Assembly (NCBI RefSeq): GCF_000181795.1
Contig: NW_003526943.1
Coordinates: forward strand, 9,780,849 to 9,844,848
Reading direction: 5' to 3'
Source: Trichinella spiralis
Lineage: Eukaryota
Length of the DNA stretch: 64,000 nucleotides
Position numbers and translations under genes: made by a program. The stretch's first letter is position 1. Each line of letters opens with the position of its first letter. A model generated the notes under the pieces. It was not told the origin of the DNA and made no database searches. It saw nothing but the letters and a program-made list of their open reading frames with translations. Below, one piece after another: positions 25,501 through 39,197 of this stretch.

Positions 25501-28363
25501 TAACTAAGACATAAACCACTCTGTAATGGTTCTGAGAAATTATATCTTCAGAAAGTCCAGACTTGTAAAAAAGTGTTATCCTATTGTTTGAGTTCCAGTT
25601 TCCAATCTAAAATAAGGCAGTTATTATTAGAATTTTCTCATCCTATATGATTTATCATTTTTTTCAGCAATTAAGCTGTTTAATAAGATGTCATCAAGCA
25701 TTTCAGAATGATTAATAAAATAAAACTATTAAAAAGAATCATAATTACCAGATGTTGTCGACTAAAATCAGGCCCTTCTCTGATGCGATACAAATTTAAC
25801 GTTACCATTTGGAAAGCCATGTTTTTAAAAAGTTCATAAACACCAAAAGCTGATTTTGCTGACATCTGAGTAAATAAACTTGAATACTGTAAAATATTTA
25901 AATTTTACCAAAAATGAAAAGGAAATAAGTTACCCCTTTCAATGCTTCAAGTAGTTCCTTTCTGACAGAAATGTTCTTTGCTTTGTCATCTGTCGTGCAA
26001 CTGTTTTGAAATGTTTGATTAAAATATAACAAGCATAGGCTTGCTATGTCGTAATAAAATGCAATTTCGATCTAAATGAATCAAATCAAAAGTTAAATGT
26101 ACATTCAAATGAGGAAGATGACAATAAAATTTTTGTTCGCACTTCATCCATGTTGTTTTTCAAACTTTTCAAGTGATCACTTTTTTCAATCCAGATTAAA
26201 AAATTATCCACTGCATTCAAGCTTTGAACATTTTTTGGTCGAGAAAATAACAATGATAAATATGATTCGCTATTTGAATAAGGCAAAGTATCCTAAATAA
26301 ATTTTGCAATATTATGTTATTTTATTATAAAAAATGTTGATCAATTATTTTTAATAATTTAGCTGGTGCTATTTTGCCGGAACTCTGTTAATATTTTATT
26401 CCCTTGAATATGTAATATTATTTAATAAAATAAATGAAAAAAATAGTTTTTCAATTAAAATTTATTCAAATTGAAATTTGATTACTGAAAAGTTGAAAAT
26501 TTAGCATTCATTTATTGTCTTCAATAAAAGCATATTCTCAACCCCACATAAATTCTCAAAAAATATTCTGCTAAAAGCTAACAAGAACTTTGCTAACGTG
26601 CAACTGATCAACAATTTTATTGAAAAAAACGACGAATGAAAGATAATGAAAAATAAAGACCAACAATTACCGTGCTTATAGCAGTCCATTTAGATGAATT
26701 GTGCTTCATGAACTGTTCAATATGCAAAAAATAAGTCTGAAGAAAAGTTGTATTTCCGAATACATAAAAATTAACACTGCCATTCAGGTTAAATAAAAGA
26801 TTTGACATTTGCTTGTGGATTTTTTCTTCATAGTTTTCCACCTTTTGAATTGTTACTGGTTTGTTAATTTTAGCCTTCCATATTGCTTCATTTTTGAAAA
26901 AGTCTCCTATAAAATAAATGAACTTCACAGAAATTAGCAATATCACAATTTTTGTATAGTTTGTACTGTATTTGTTGTCGTACAAAATATATACTGCTGT
27001 GGAATCCATAAAATTTATTAAATCCATTAATGCAGCAACTAAGACGTTCAATGGCGATATAAAAATCAGAGAATAAATTGATGGCTCAAAATATTCTAAA
27101 ATTAAAATAAATTGAATTCAAATTTGAAACTAATTTAACTCATCAAGCAAATTTTAAAATTTTCAATTATTTATACTTTATAATAATTACATGTACATAT
27201 GCAAGTTTAAACATAGTGATATTTACAAACTGATTCGTGCATTACTGCATTTGTAAAACGCTGCAAAGCAAGCAAAAAATCAGCAAAATTTTCATTTTTA
27301 CTAAATAACTGTTAATTGATAAATTAATAAGTTTCATTTAATTTTTTCCAAGTCTGCTGTTGTTAATCACATAAATATAAAAAGTTTTTTGTAAAATATG
27401 CATTTCTGAAGCATCTGATTGAAGGAAGAAAGAAAAGCTAGAATTAGTTACTAAATTTCACAATTACTGACACGTGAAACTCCATACTGTGCAAGCAGAA
27501 CATTTTATCGTTGAAACTGAATAAATATTTACCTAAATTTCTTTCGTCCATATCCCAGAATTTAGTGTATATTTTCAAGTGTGGAATTTTGGTTGGCTCT
27601 TCCAGCACTGCTGACTTTATAATGCTGTTATTATGAGCAAAAGTAATAACAAAGTCCATTTTTTCTGTTTCGTAGTTATCTGAAAAAATAATTATTTTCA
27701 TATGATAATTAATGCTGATTTCATGAATTTTTATAAATAATTATTTCAATGCAGATGTCATGAAGTGTTATTTTAGCTAAATTAGTTTTCCATAGAGTAA
27801 ACATGAATGTTGCACAGCAAATTAGTTCAAATATTTTACAAAAAAATTAATTAGTATACATATATAAATTTTTCTATTTTTGTTTATATTGAATGTAAGT
27901 AAAAGCGTATAATTTAGAAATTTTAAAATGCAATGCTGACAACCATTATTACATGCACTATCGGAGTCAATATCTATAATTGATAGTTCTGCATTTGGCA
28001 TCAAGTAATGCATCATTTCTCGAAAAATTAATACGCTCCACTGGGTTTCATTTTCTCTGCTCTTGAATATACCTGAAATTTTATGTCAAATTATTTTTAT
28101 TGTAACGCTTTTCAGCAGTAGTTTTGAATAATTTTCAATAAAACAAATGAAATACTTCATAACAAAATAGAACAATGATGGATATAAACAATTCCACAAA
28201 CATAAATGAAGATATCATCATTAATATAAATATGAATAAAAAATCTTAGAGAAGTTATCTTTTGCAAAACAAGTCTTTTACCTATTTTACATGAATTCAC
28301 AGTGTCAATTTCTTTTAAACCAAAAAGTACAAAAGGAATCAACAACAGAAAATTGCGCTTCAT
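22555..28363 (-). CDS. IR25a: Ionotropic receptor of the iGluR superfamily, IR25a/GLR-7-like, multi-exon
   Basis: Signal peptide [15 protein letters not shown]; pore [24 protein letters not shown]25a-type segments [74 protein letters not shown]. Confidence 0.88.
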
Positions 28364-29867
28364 ATTAAAAGAGCAATAATCTTGTATTAAAAAACAAAAT
28401 TTACAAAGCTGAGTTGAAGATGGAAATAAACTTGATGCAGTCCTTAACAGAATAAATAATATTGTGTAATATAGTATGTTATAGGATTCAATCGATAATA
28501 CGAATAGAAATTAAAGTTACCTTTTAATGCAATTTGATATTACTTATGTTTACATGAAAATTTATCGACCAGCACACTTATGGCTAACAAAAGATAATTA
28601 TTCAGTGTTTTCAAAAATAAGAGCAAATGTTAAATTTTAATGCATATTCTGAGAATAAAAATCAATACTAATTTTAATAAAAATTTCATGAGCATTAAAA
28701 AATCAGAAATCATTTGTTTATATATATGTTTTGCAATAAATTTCTCTACAGTTTTCCATTTTTATCATTCAGTTTTTAATTAATTGCTTGACATAATTTG
28801 ATTCACTATAGTAGATTTTTTAACTGTAAAAAGAGTGTTTTTGACATTTAACTACAATTCGCTATTCTAACGTTTTGATGCGTAAATTGATACAATCAAA
28901 TACTGATGAAGTTATTTTTATCTTGAGAGAGGAAATGACTATTTATGGTCAGAACAAATAAAATAAAGTCAGCAGCTGAGCTGAGAATTGCATAGAATAA
29001 ATTAAAAAAATACTCATATTAATGCAAACATATTATAATAGTATGCAAATTGTAAAGTATAGATTGTAAATTTCTTGAAAGTGCAAAAATGCAAAATCAT
29101 TCTCCAAAAATATTTATAAACATATAAAAACTAACTTTTTGCATAAAACTTGATTCGTTTAAATTTTGTAAATATTAACCGAGCAACTTAAAGAAATTTA
29201 ATTATAATTGTATAATCTGTCGCTATTCATCTGCAGCATTACTGAAATGAATCCAAAATTAAGAACTTTGCAGAAATTAGAAATTAAGAAATTTTAAATT
29301 TGCATTTTAGTTTTCCATTCTAAGACATTTCAGCAATCTTGGGCATTAAGTAAAAAATCATGAAACCATTCATTTATTATTTATATTTACTATCAAAATT
29401 TGGCATTATTGTTTTGCGTTTCTGTTACTGAATCGCAAATTATGTTACGTAACTTAAATGCAATGTTTATAATATGTGGATTCATAATTTCACAATAGCG
29501 TTTAATTCATTTATTGTTTGTGGCAATTTCAGGTAACAGCTTGACTCATTTGAAATCTATAAACGCATTGTCAATATTTATAAGTGTTAATAAATAAAAA
29601 TTATTCATTGATCTTTATTATTACTTTCATCTTTATTTTTGACAATATACTTATTAAATTAGCTGCAGTATCTGTACTTTCTCCAGATAACATTACGTCG
29701 TCCCACCATATATTTTGTTTACATAAATAAAATACTCATGTTGATCATTTAATGATCTAAACTAAATTATTGATTGTAATATTTATTTATCAACTATCAA
29801 ATGAACTTTTAAAAAGTGGTGACCAAGCGCAAGCATCAATATTTCACATACGTGTATCACAGTTTGT

Positions 29868-29899
29868 ATAGTACAGTACAGTACAGTACAGTATAGTAT
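29868..29899. repeat. (AGTAC/AGTAT)n pentanucleotide repeat
   Basis: atagtacagtacagtacagtacagtatagtat. Confidence 0.8.
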
Positions 29900-30223
29900 A
29901 AACGCCTGTTTAAAATTCATTTTTAAATATATAAGTACACTGTTTTAATGAAGAGTAAAATTAGTGAATAAATTCAACAAACAATTAATAATTATTTGTG
30001 CCAAAGTTATTTGTAAACGCAATGTTTAATGTGTGCTTTATAAATGACGTCAGTTTCCCACACATGATTCAGCATGTCTTAAATTGAGATAAAATGCGAA
30101 TTATCACTTCAGTTGCAGCCGTTATCACCAAGTCAAAGTCAGTGGTCAAAAGGTTGTCGTAGTTTGGACAAAAAAATATACAGATACAGCTTTAGAGAAA
30201 GAGAAAAACCACGATAAGCAGTG

Positions 30224-33200
30224 ATGGAATTTTGTGGTTTCATTATACTTTTCAAGTTAACAGTTCTGACTGTAATATATTAAATCAAAAGAATAAAAAT
30301 AAAAATAATAAATCAAAAACAAACTTACTGTTTTAGACTCTTCTGTTAATCGTTGGGGAAGTCCACTTGATTTCAGCCAAAACGATGGTCTACAAAAAAT
30401 ATTACCCAAATACGAAAGTAAGCGATTAGTACATGATTCAATTATTATACATTTTGATGTCAGTCTATTGTAGATAGAAAGATGGAGCTTGAGTAAAAAA
30501 GAAATTCCCTGGAGTTATCATCATCCAAAATATCTTCCAAAAAAATATAATGCTCCTTGTCCACCAGATAAAGTTTGTGATCCTGAAAATTACGAGTAAA
30601 CCTGCCCAAAATTAAGCTATTAAAATTATAAAAATAACTTTCTTTCTTTAAAGTAAAATTCTTTGCTAAAAATTCACAAGTTTACCAGTATCTGTTGATG
30701 AATATATCTAAAATGTGAAAAATTTTCAATGTAGATTTAAAAAATTTTTTCAGTGTATGTTACCGATATAACAGCATTGATGGAAGTGTAAATCGTCAAT
30801 CAATTCTTGGAAAGTATGGAGTAGACAAATTTTGCTTTCCCCAAAATCCAAAAGGAAGAAGCGGTTTGCGTGGGAGAGGTGAACTGTTTCGTTGGGGACC
30901 GAATCACTACGTTCAGTATGTCATTAGCAGGTAGTCAATTTTATTTCTTTTAGAATAATTTAAATAATTAGCATTTTATTTGGGCTTGTTTTGGATTATT
31001 TGCATGAAATTTTATTTATTTATTTACGTGTATTCATATTAAAAAATAAATGTGAGATAAATAATTATAAATTTATGTGTATATTGAAAAGATAGTTAAA
31101 CTGAAGTTGATGAAGTTCCTCATCAGTTAAGTCTTCTGATTGAAGTCAGTGACAAGAAAATTTAAGAACTACCATATAAAACTTGAATGAATATTTTGCA
31201 TAATGTTTGAGATAAATATATTCTTTATTAATTATTATATGCTTTTGGAAATTAAAAAAGCATCAAATGAATTCTTTATCTGTTAAAAGAAGTGTATGTT
31301 TATTGAATAATTGCTTCTTTTTTTTGAAAAATATAATCCATAATTTGGCTTCATAATTTTTCAATCTAATATTTTTAATGTTGAATGTAATTCAGCATAT
31401 ATAATTTTATCATGTATTAAATTTAACATTTTTTTTATTTAAGTCAGTTCATTATTTAAATATTAACTAATCACAAAGCGCCATTATTATTTAAGCAAAC
31501 TTAAGCTGTTGATGAAATAAGAACAAAGTTGCTGGCTGATTATTTGTAAAATATGCTTTATTTTGATTCACTACATTTACAAAATGATTTATTCTGTAGC
31601 TATAGAAATATCAAAGTTATGGAAGAAATAAAATTTAGACTAACCAACTAATTTGTTCATGCCTATCAGTAATAACATTGAAATTCATTATGCATTATAA
31701 AATTTACTTCCAAGCTATCTTTATGGCTAAATTAAAAATTTTTGTAAAGTACTGAATATGAACTTTTGAAATATATTTTTAATTAAAAGACTATGTTATT
31801 TTATTTGTAAAATGTTTGATCAGAGTTGTATGAAAAGTTTTTACAAATTACTATTTATTTACAAAAAGACTTTTCAGGAAGCTATGCATATGCTATGCCA
31901 ATTATCAAAATTTTCATGCTCTAGCTTGAACGAGATTAAGCAAATGTTAGTATTTACTTAACAGGAAAAGTAAATTAAATCAATTACAACTTTGCATCAT
32001 TGACTTATTTTAATAACCTAATTAAGATTATTGACTTAAGCATTCCAGGTGCATATATGATTATGAACAAATTTTCTATTCTTATGCATCAACTGCTGAT
32101 CTACAAATTAATTTTGGCAGATAAGAAATATTACTTTACCAGTTTTCAGTTTTAACTTTTGTCTATAATTGAAGAAATTTCAATTTATAAACTTCTCAAA
32201 ATATATATTTATTTTCATAATATTACAAAAATATAATAATATAAATGAAAGTATTTTTAAATAGTGCAAGTATTTATTAGAAAATGTAGGCCGAAGAAAA
32301 TTGACTTTCACTAGCTATTATATTATTTTTTGCTCATGATTCTTTGAATGTTAAATAATTTTAATTCGCAATATATTTAAATTGCTTGTTTATCTAATTC
32401 AGCGACTGTTGAAATATAGAAGAAATTAAAATGTTGGTTGCTACGTTTTCATGTTTCATAGCAATGCTTTATTTTTCATAAAAACAATATGAAGAAAGAA
32501 GTTAAAAATATTAAATTTTTTGCATAAATACATAATTTTTTCCAAAATACATTAATGAAAAAGGATTCGAATGAAGTTGTTCATGATGTATATACATATA
32601 CAAGAAGAAAAATGAAGATCTATAAATGCTGTTTACATCTATATTTTTTAGAGGCGTGAATGTGCGTGAATATTTAGTTGTAAACAGTGATGATAAAAAG
32701 AATGTTATTTTCCCAGGAGTAAGTTCAAAGTTGAATAATTGAGTAAAGCTTATTGAGCACAGTTAGATGTTTAGGAATTTGTGGACAATTCAAGAAATAT
32801 AACATTTCCTCCGATGCTTTTAAATTTCATTGAATCAAATCTAAGTGAAAAATATCCAGAAAATGTTGTTCAAGAAATCATTGAAAATGCTCTGAAGAAT
32901 CGAATACTTGTAAGTAAAAAGGAAAAATAGGCATAAAATAAAAAAAGTAAAATGTGAATGTTCACTTCAGCGTTACCATGGCTATTATGCGGACGACAGA
33001 AACACTGACAATGCTTGGATGGAAACACTGATATATGACATCAACGATAGTGGTGACAGTAACTTAGGACTTCTGGATACAGAGCATTTAACCAATTCGT
33101 TGAACTTAACGTGGAAAACTATTGATAAATCAGTCATAGACAGCAAAATACAAGTTATCGTAAAAAGAGCTAGACTGACTTTTGGGCAAAAAGTTGCAAG

Positions 33201-33333
33201 CATTATCAGAAGCGCTTTAAAAGCTCTAAGAGATGAAAATAAAGCAGGAATCATGTTTGCTTTTGGAGATGCGGTCAACAATTTCGTAGGACTTTCAGCC
33301 ATTGTTATTACATTGGTTGACATGGTTGGTTAA
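30224..33333 (+). CDS. NUDT9-like (ADP-ribose pyrophosphatase family) protein with a predicted signal peptide and a degenerate Nudix box, multi-exon
   Basis: Spliced: MEFCGFIILFKLTVLT|TLLLIVGEVHLISAKT...YYPNTK|IERW...IPW...Y.PK.Y|YNSIDGSVNRQS...PQNPKGRSGLRGRGELFRWGPNH|...IFPG|EFVD...|GYYADDRNTDNAWMET. These match the NUDT9 signatures NP.GRTG..GRG.L.RWGPNH and DPRNTDNAWMET. Confidence 0.85.
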
Positions 33334-34283
33334 ACTACACGCACTTATACATGCTCAAATATTTTTCTCTTCGTTTCTTTGAATGTTTGCTAATTTGTTA
33401 CCATTTAAAAATGCCTCTATATTCTAATATTAGCATTGTAATGTCTGCTTTTTATTATGCATTAATTTAAAATAAAAGTATTTTGCACAATGTCTGTGAA
33501 ATTGTTATTGTGAAATTGTATTATGAAAAGTTTAAAGATAAAGAACACAATAAGGTGATTTATTTGATACTAATTATCTGACAGAGTTGTTGCTTGCATT
33601 TTCTTTGTAAAATTATAAATGCATCTATTCAAAAAGGAAAATTAAATGTTTAATTAAAACTGAGCAGTATTTATATACAGATGTTTTTAATATAAGAAAT
33701 CAAGTAAACAATCATATGCGTCAGTAAAAATTTCTTAAAAATTTAGTGTTTTCCTACAGCATAGATTTTTTTTTCATCTTAAGATATGATTTCTAAACTT
33801 ATTTTTCAGCTCTTATTCTCGTCAGCAGTTGTGAAGTTTAAACTTTCTGTTATTATTACAAATTGATAACTGTTGACTCTTGAAAAATTTTTCACTGCGA
33901 AATTATATCTCGACATTACTATTTGGTCTGTACTCTTCATTTATTTTTATTTTTTAGCATTTTATAAACAACAAAGATATCGGTTCAAGCATGCATTTTT
34001 CATCTCATTGTTTGTGGGATCTTGTATTTCTGCTAAAGCAGCATAACTGTTAATATATTTTTAAATAGAAACATCGGTGAATATATTCATTTTTATCATT
34101 ATTAACGTATTTTGCATATATTCTTAATTTTCATTTTTACTGTAAATTAATATATCAAAAAGCATTTTGATTTCATGTGCTTCAGCTATGCTGATTGTTT
34201 ATTTTGCCGTTTTACTTTTACTGTGACATCTCTAAATTAAATGTGCTATCAATGAATAATGTATTTACAGAAATCTAAACTTT

Positions 34284-36480
34284 TGTAGCAGAGATGCAGG
34301 TTCTCAGTGTCCTTAGCAGGAAATCTTGAACATCACTCATTCTAGGAACAGCAGAAGAAGATCAGCCACCGCAAGACGACGTGGCAGATGACTGATAAAG
34401 AGGGTTCATGCGGCATTTGACTGTCTGATAAGGTACGGTACGTAATAGGTACTGTAGTGATGCTCGTTGGTTTGACGCCGGTGGTTTCGTTAGTTACGGT
34501 AATTGTCAGTAGTACGTGATAATAAACTTTTTTATCTGTTGCATTGCTGCCTTGTATTTGAAATATTTTCGGGAAAATTCGAAAAAGGTCAGAAAGTTAT
34601 TACAAATTTCAGTGACCAATGAGATAGTCCTGAAGCAGAGTTGTGCCCGCCGGCTTTCATTGGCAGCACGTTACAATGGGACCTGTAATGGAACCGCTGA
34701 TAACAACGGAATCTCGACACCACCACCAACATTCATGCCTGACATGGAACCTAGATCGTGATTACGATATACGTTGGACGATTTCATCCTTCTTCAAAGC
34801 ATTTCGCAGTAAGAGTGCATGGTGAACTGATACCTGATCAGTGATGTTGCATAAGTGAACACGCGAGGGACTTCAAAGAGTTCCAGGAAATACTATTCCA
34901 TGCCTTCGGCGACAGGAAGTCAAGGGTGGACACAGTCGCTCGTTTCCATCGACTGTGACAACGTGAGGGACAGTCAGTGGACGAATTCGGCTGTGAAGCA
35001 GCAGAGGTAGGGCAGAAGGTCGATACTGCTGAAGGACACTTGCTGGCACGAACTGTGGGCGAACTGGCAGTAAAATTGGCCTTTCATGTGGTCCGTCATT
35101 CCTGGAAAAGGCGCGCAGAATTGCAGAGAGGGTCATCAATGGAGGCGAAGCATTTACGCAGCAACAAAACACTGAATCAGTCGTGAAGAAGACGAGAGGC
35201 TGTTACTTGGAGAAGGTTATGGGAACGAAGAAAAGGCAAATAAGCGAGTGACGAAACAGATGGCACAGTTCCAACTCTCTTCTCCAAAACCGCGAACGTC
35301 AGTTGTGGACTGTTTCTAATGTGATGAAGCGGGTAATTTTCGATGCGAATGTGCTGAGTTACGACAGATCGTTGGAAAAACACGAAGCAAGCGCCCAGAA
35401 AGTCGCCGTATGCTGACCGCTATGCACATCAAACAAGAAGCGCACTGACAGTTTTAGGTAAATTAAATAATCTAAGCATCCTGTCATTGATCGACAGTGT
35501 ACGACGGTTTCAAATCTATTTGGAATAAGGCCACATCTAACCAGCCATTAATGGCTATGACAGAATCAGCACTGCTCAGTGATAGGCGCAGGATGCTCAG
35601 CTGCGGCTGGGGAATAACGCAAATACAACTATGGGAGTGTTGGAAATACTCCCAGTATGAATGGTTTCTGGCACTTTTGCTCATTATCACAGATTAAACG
35701 CGGTAACACGCATCGATGCACAGCCCACCCTGCGAATCGACGAAACCTTGAACGCTCTGGTGAGAATGCGTTGGTTCAGCACGCTTGACGACACCTCCAG
35801 ATATTTGCAGGTAAAAGTAGCTGAATCTGATACAGAGAAGATGGCATTATCGATAACAGTGTACTGCACCAATTCAGGGTTATGCCCTTTAGCCTGTGTA
35901 ATTTCCTGCCATGTTCCAACGACTAATAGAGAGTGTGCTCACCGGTATGACATGGAGCTCCTATGTCGTTTCTCTGGACGACGTTGTTGTGTATACATAA
36001 ACAGAGGAGGAGCACTTGGAGTGGTTCACTATAAAGTTCTGCGCCGCTTGAAACACATGAGAATGAGGATTCGCTTTGAGAAATGCCAGCTAATGCGCCT
36101 GAGCGTACGGTACACATAGTGACGAACAAGCAATAGGGGCCAATGCTGAAAACGCAGTAGTGATCTAGAAATGGCCCGTACCCTGATGTGTAAAAGAAGT
36201 CTGGCAGTTCCTAGGTTTGGCGTTCTACTACCGTTGGTTTGTCAGAAAAATTTATCATCACGTACCGCAGACACGTGTGACTGGCCAAAACCTACAGCTG
36301 GCGTCAAAGAAATGAACATTAACTGTCTGTATCACCACGCCACTGCCTATTGTATCATTTTTGACAGTCAAGTGCCACCTGAATTTTTTCTACCGGTCGT
36401 CGTGTGATGGTGGCTCTTTCACTGCCGTACCTGGAATGAGTGATGTTGAAGACTTCCTGCCAAAGGACGCTGAATACTTC
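34284..36480 (+). mobile_element. Decayed Ty3/Gypsy LTR retrotransposon (5' LTR, gag, protease, RT fragments); 3' end approximate
   Basis: GC-richer block; putative LTR TGTAG..TTTCA 34284-34659 containing AATAAA and followed by PBS-like TGGCAGC; degenerate knuckle CF*CDEAGNFRCEC near 35310; LIDS protease-like motif; RT DAQPTLRIDETLNAL...WFSTLD..S.Y.QV; many stops and frameshifts. Confidence 0.8.
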
Positions 36481-39197
36481 GGCGTTTGTTTCACTTTCTT
36501 CTTGAAACGAATCTCACGTTGAAAATTATGCTAATTTAAAAGGAAGAATTAAATTTTACGAAATATACAATTAACTTGCATGTTTCAATGTTTAAGCTTG
36601 AGTATTATTTGGAAAAAATCTTTGATTTTCAATAACTTAAATCTGAAATTTTACGTGATGCAGTTTAAAAATTACTCGCTTTTAAAGAGTTTGCTGTTTG
36701 AAATGGCAAATTTGTTATTTTTTATATTTCAAAATGTTGTGAGACTGAATTTAAAATATATTCATTCTTTCTTTAATCTTGAAAACTTTTTAATTTATGC
36801 TTTTTATAACTCAAAAGAATTGAATGAACAACAGAAGTAAAGCATTCGGATGAAAGTTTTTCAAAATAACCAATATTGAAGTTGAACAAAAGCTTATTTA
36901 TGTAATTACTTTAATTGTTTGTCTGCATAAAGTGTTTACAATTTAAACAGTTGTAAACTTGAATTTGAAACATCTGGACAGGCGTTTCTCGATTTGTTGA
37001 ATTGCATGTAAATTTAATTAAATTGCTTCTAATTTGTTATTTGATTATCAAATTCACTGCAATTATTTGTTTACTTTTGATCAAGTAATATTTTGAAAAA
37101 GTATCAAGCAATTCTAGATATTCTAAAGCAGGAAGGAGCACATTACACGTATCACAGATGTGAAACATTTTATTTGAAGTTGATTTTTAGTTATAATATT
37201 TGTTTCATATTTTTGCAATTTTATTCCACTTTCTTTTATTTAATTATAGAAATTATTCACATGACAATATCTTGTAAAGTAATGTATAAATATATTTACA
37301 AATGTAAACAATATTTTTACCTGCTTGACAAGGCAGTTTAATTCCCTTCTCACATTAGTGTAGCCAAGAATTCAATTATGTCACATTATTAAATAAAGCA
37401 CGATAACATACGCAATTGTATATTACGCAACATACGTAATACACTAAGCACATGCATGTAACGGTGACACTAGCGACTGCTATTATTATCAAAATACTGG
37501 TGCATATTTTAATTAGCTTTCAACAGAAAGCATTTACAAATTTGAATTTGTCAGTAATTAAACATCAAATATACCAAAAGTTGAATATTAGCTTCTCTAT
37601 CAAAAAATGCTTTGAAATATAAATGTCGCATTTGAATTTCAATGACAACAATAACGGTATTGTAGCATTTGGAATAAAATTTACTGATTAAAATTTAATA
37701 TTTCACTGATTTTTCTGTTTAATTTATTTTAAAAAAAAAGATTCAAAAAGGAGTTTCATTGAATAATGAATTGAATAAAGTAGAAAAAGAAATTGTTGAA
37801 TAGGAGTAAAATTTTTCAACCGTAAATTTGTGACAGCTTTTATAATTAATAATTTTTATTTAAAATGCAATTTAATTTAGAAAATCGAGTAAGTTATAAG
37901 TTGCATTTATTGTCGTTGAATATAAAATTTAAAGTGAACAATGCAAAATAGGCATGCCGAGTGAAGTACTTGATATATGCTAAATAGGAAGGTTTTTAAC
38001 AGCACTTCCTGTGGTCGATTGAAATAAATTATTGATCAGTTTCAACACTTCATAAACACAATTAAATCAGCTTATAGATTGTATCGGAATAAGCGATTTA
38101 TCAATGTGGCTGCTAATATTGGTGAATATAATTGATGGACTGCAAGTGAAAAGTCAGAAGACTGGTGAGCTTGCAAAAAAAACACCATTATAATTGATCA
38201 GAGTTAATTTCACAATTTACACTGGTGAAATAAGCGATTAGTCAGTGCACTGGTTTTTCTGCGCATGAACCCCGCCCAACCGGGTTGCTTGCATGGTGTT
38301 TATTTCAGTGGATAGCTGTTGACACGTTGCCCAATTGTGTCGTTACTTTTGCCCATAATTATCATTTCACACTGGAAAACAGCCAATCGAAATTGACTGC
38401 CCGTCGCCATTGCCGCAAACCGTCTCTGCGAACAGTTCACTTTTGAATCATCAATCTTTATTCAGTAAATAATTTGATTGCTTAATTTTTCATTTAAAAA
38501 ATAAACATTTAAAATATATACATATAGAATGCATAGTTTTGGTAAAATATAATATAATTGCACAGTAGAATAGAGATAGACAGTTTTGTCAAACAAACAA
38601 TAAGATGACGCGATTTGTGTGAATTAAAAGCGAAAATTGCCAACCAGCTTGGTAAGATTGGAAAGCTACTCAAACAGTAAAGTAAAGCATCCTCGAAGAT
38701 CTCTTTTACATTTGTCAATTTGTTTAGCAAGACTGGTTGGTGAATTAGCGAATGCAATGTTGTTGCCCTTCTAATGTCACGCCCAGCTCCTCATCTCAAG
38801 TCATGCTACAATCAGACAGTTGTCAACGTTGATTTGTCCGACTAGGTTACGCTGACTTTTGTCGATCAAAACGCTGCTGATCCTGCTCTACAGTGAAAAC
38901 AATTTCTGAATGCCGTTTTTCCCTTTTGCTGAACAAAGAACAATTTTCAAAAGCTTTCATTTTCCATTTTGACGCTCCACTTTTCCGCTACGTTGAAGCT
39001 TCAAATTCCATTTACTTCGTTTCATTGAAATCCATTTAGAGTGTTTTCTTCATTGATCGAGTGGGAATTTCCACTTCTTATAAGAAATTCACTTATTTTT
39101 CCAACTAGTCTTTGTCTCCTTTCATCCTCGTCCAAATCTCTGCATTATCAAATTCCCCCGCTGGATCATACCGATTATACATCGTCATTTGCAAAAC

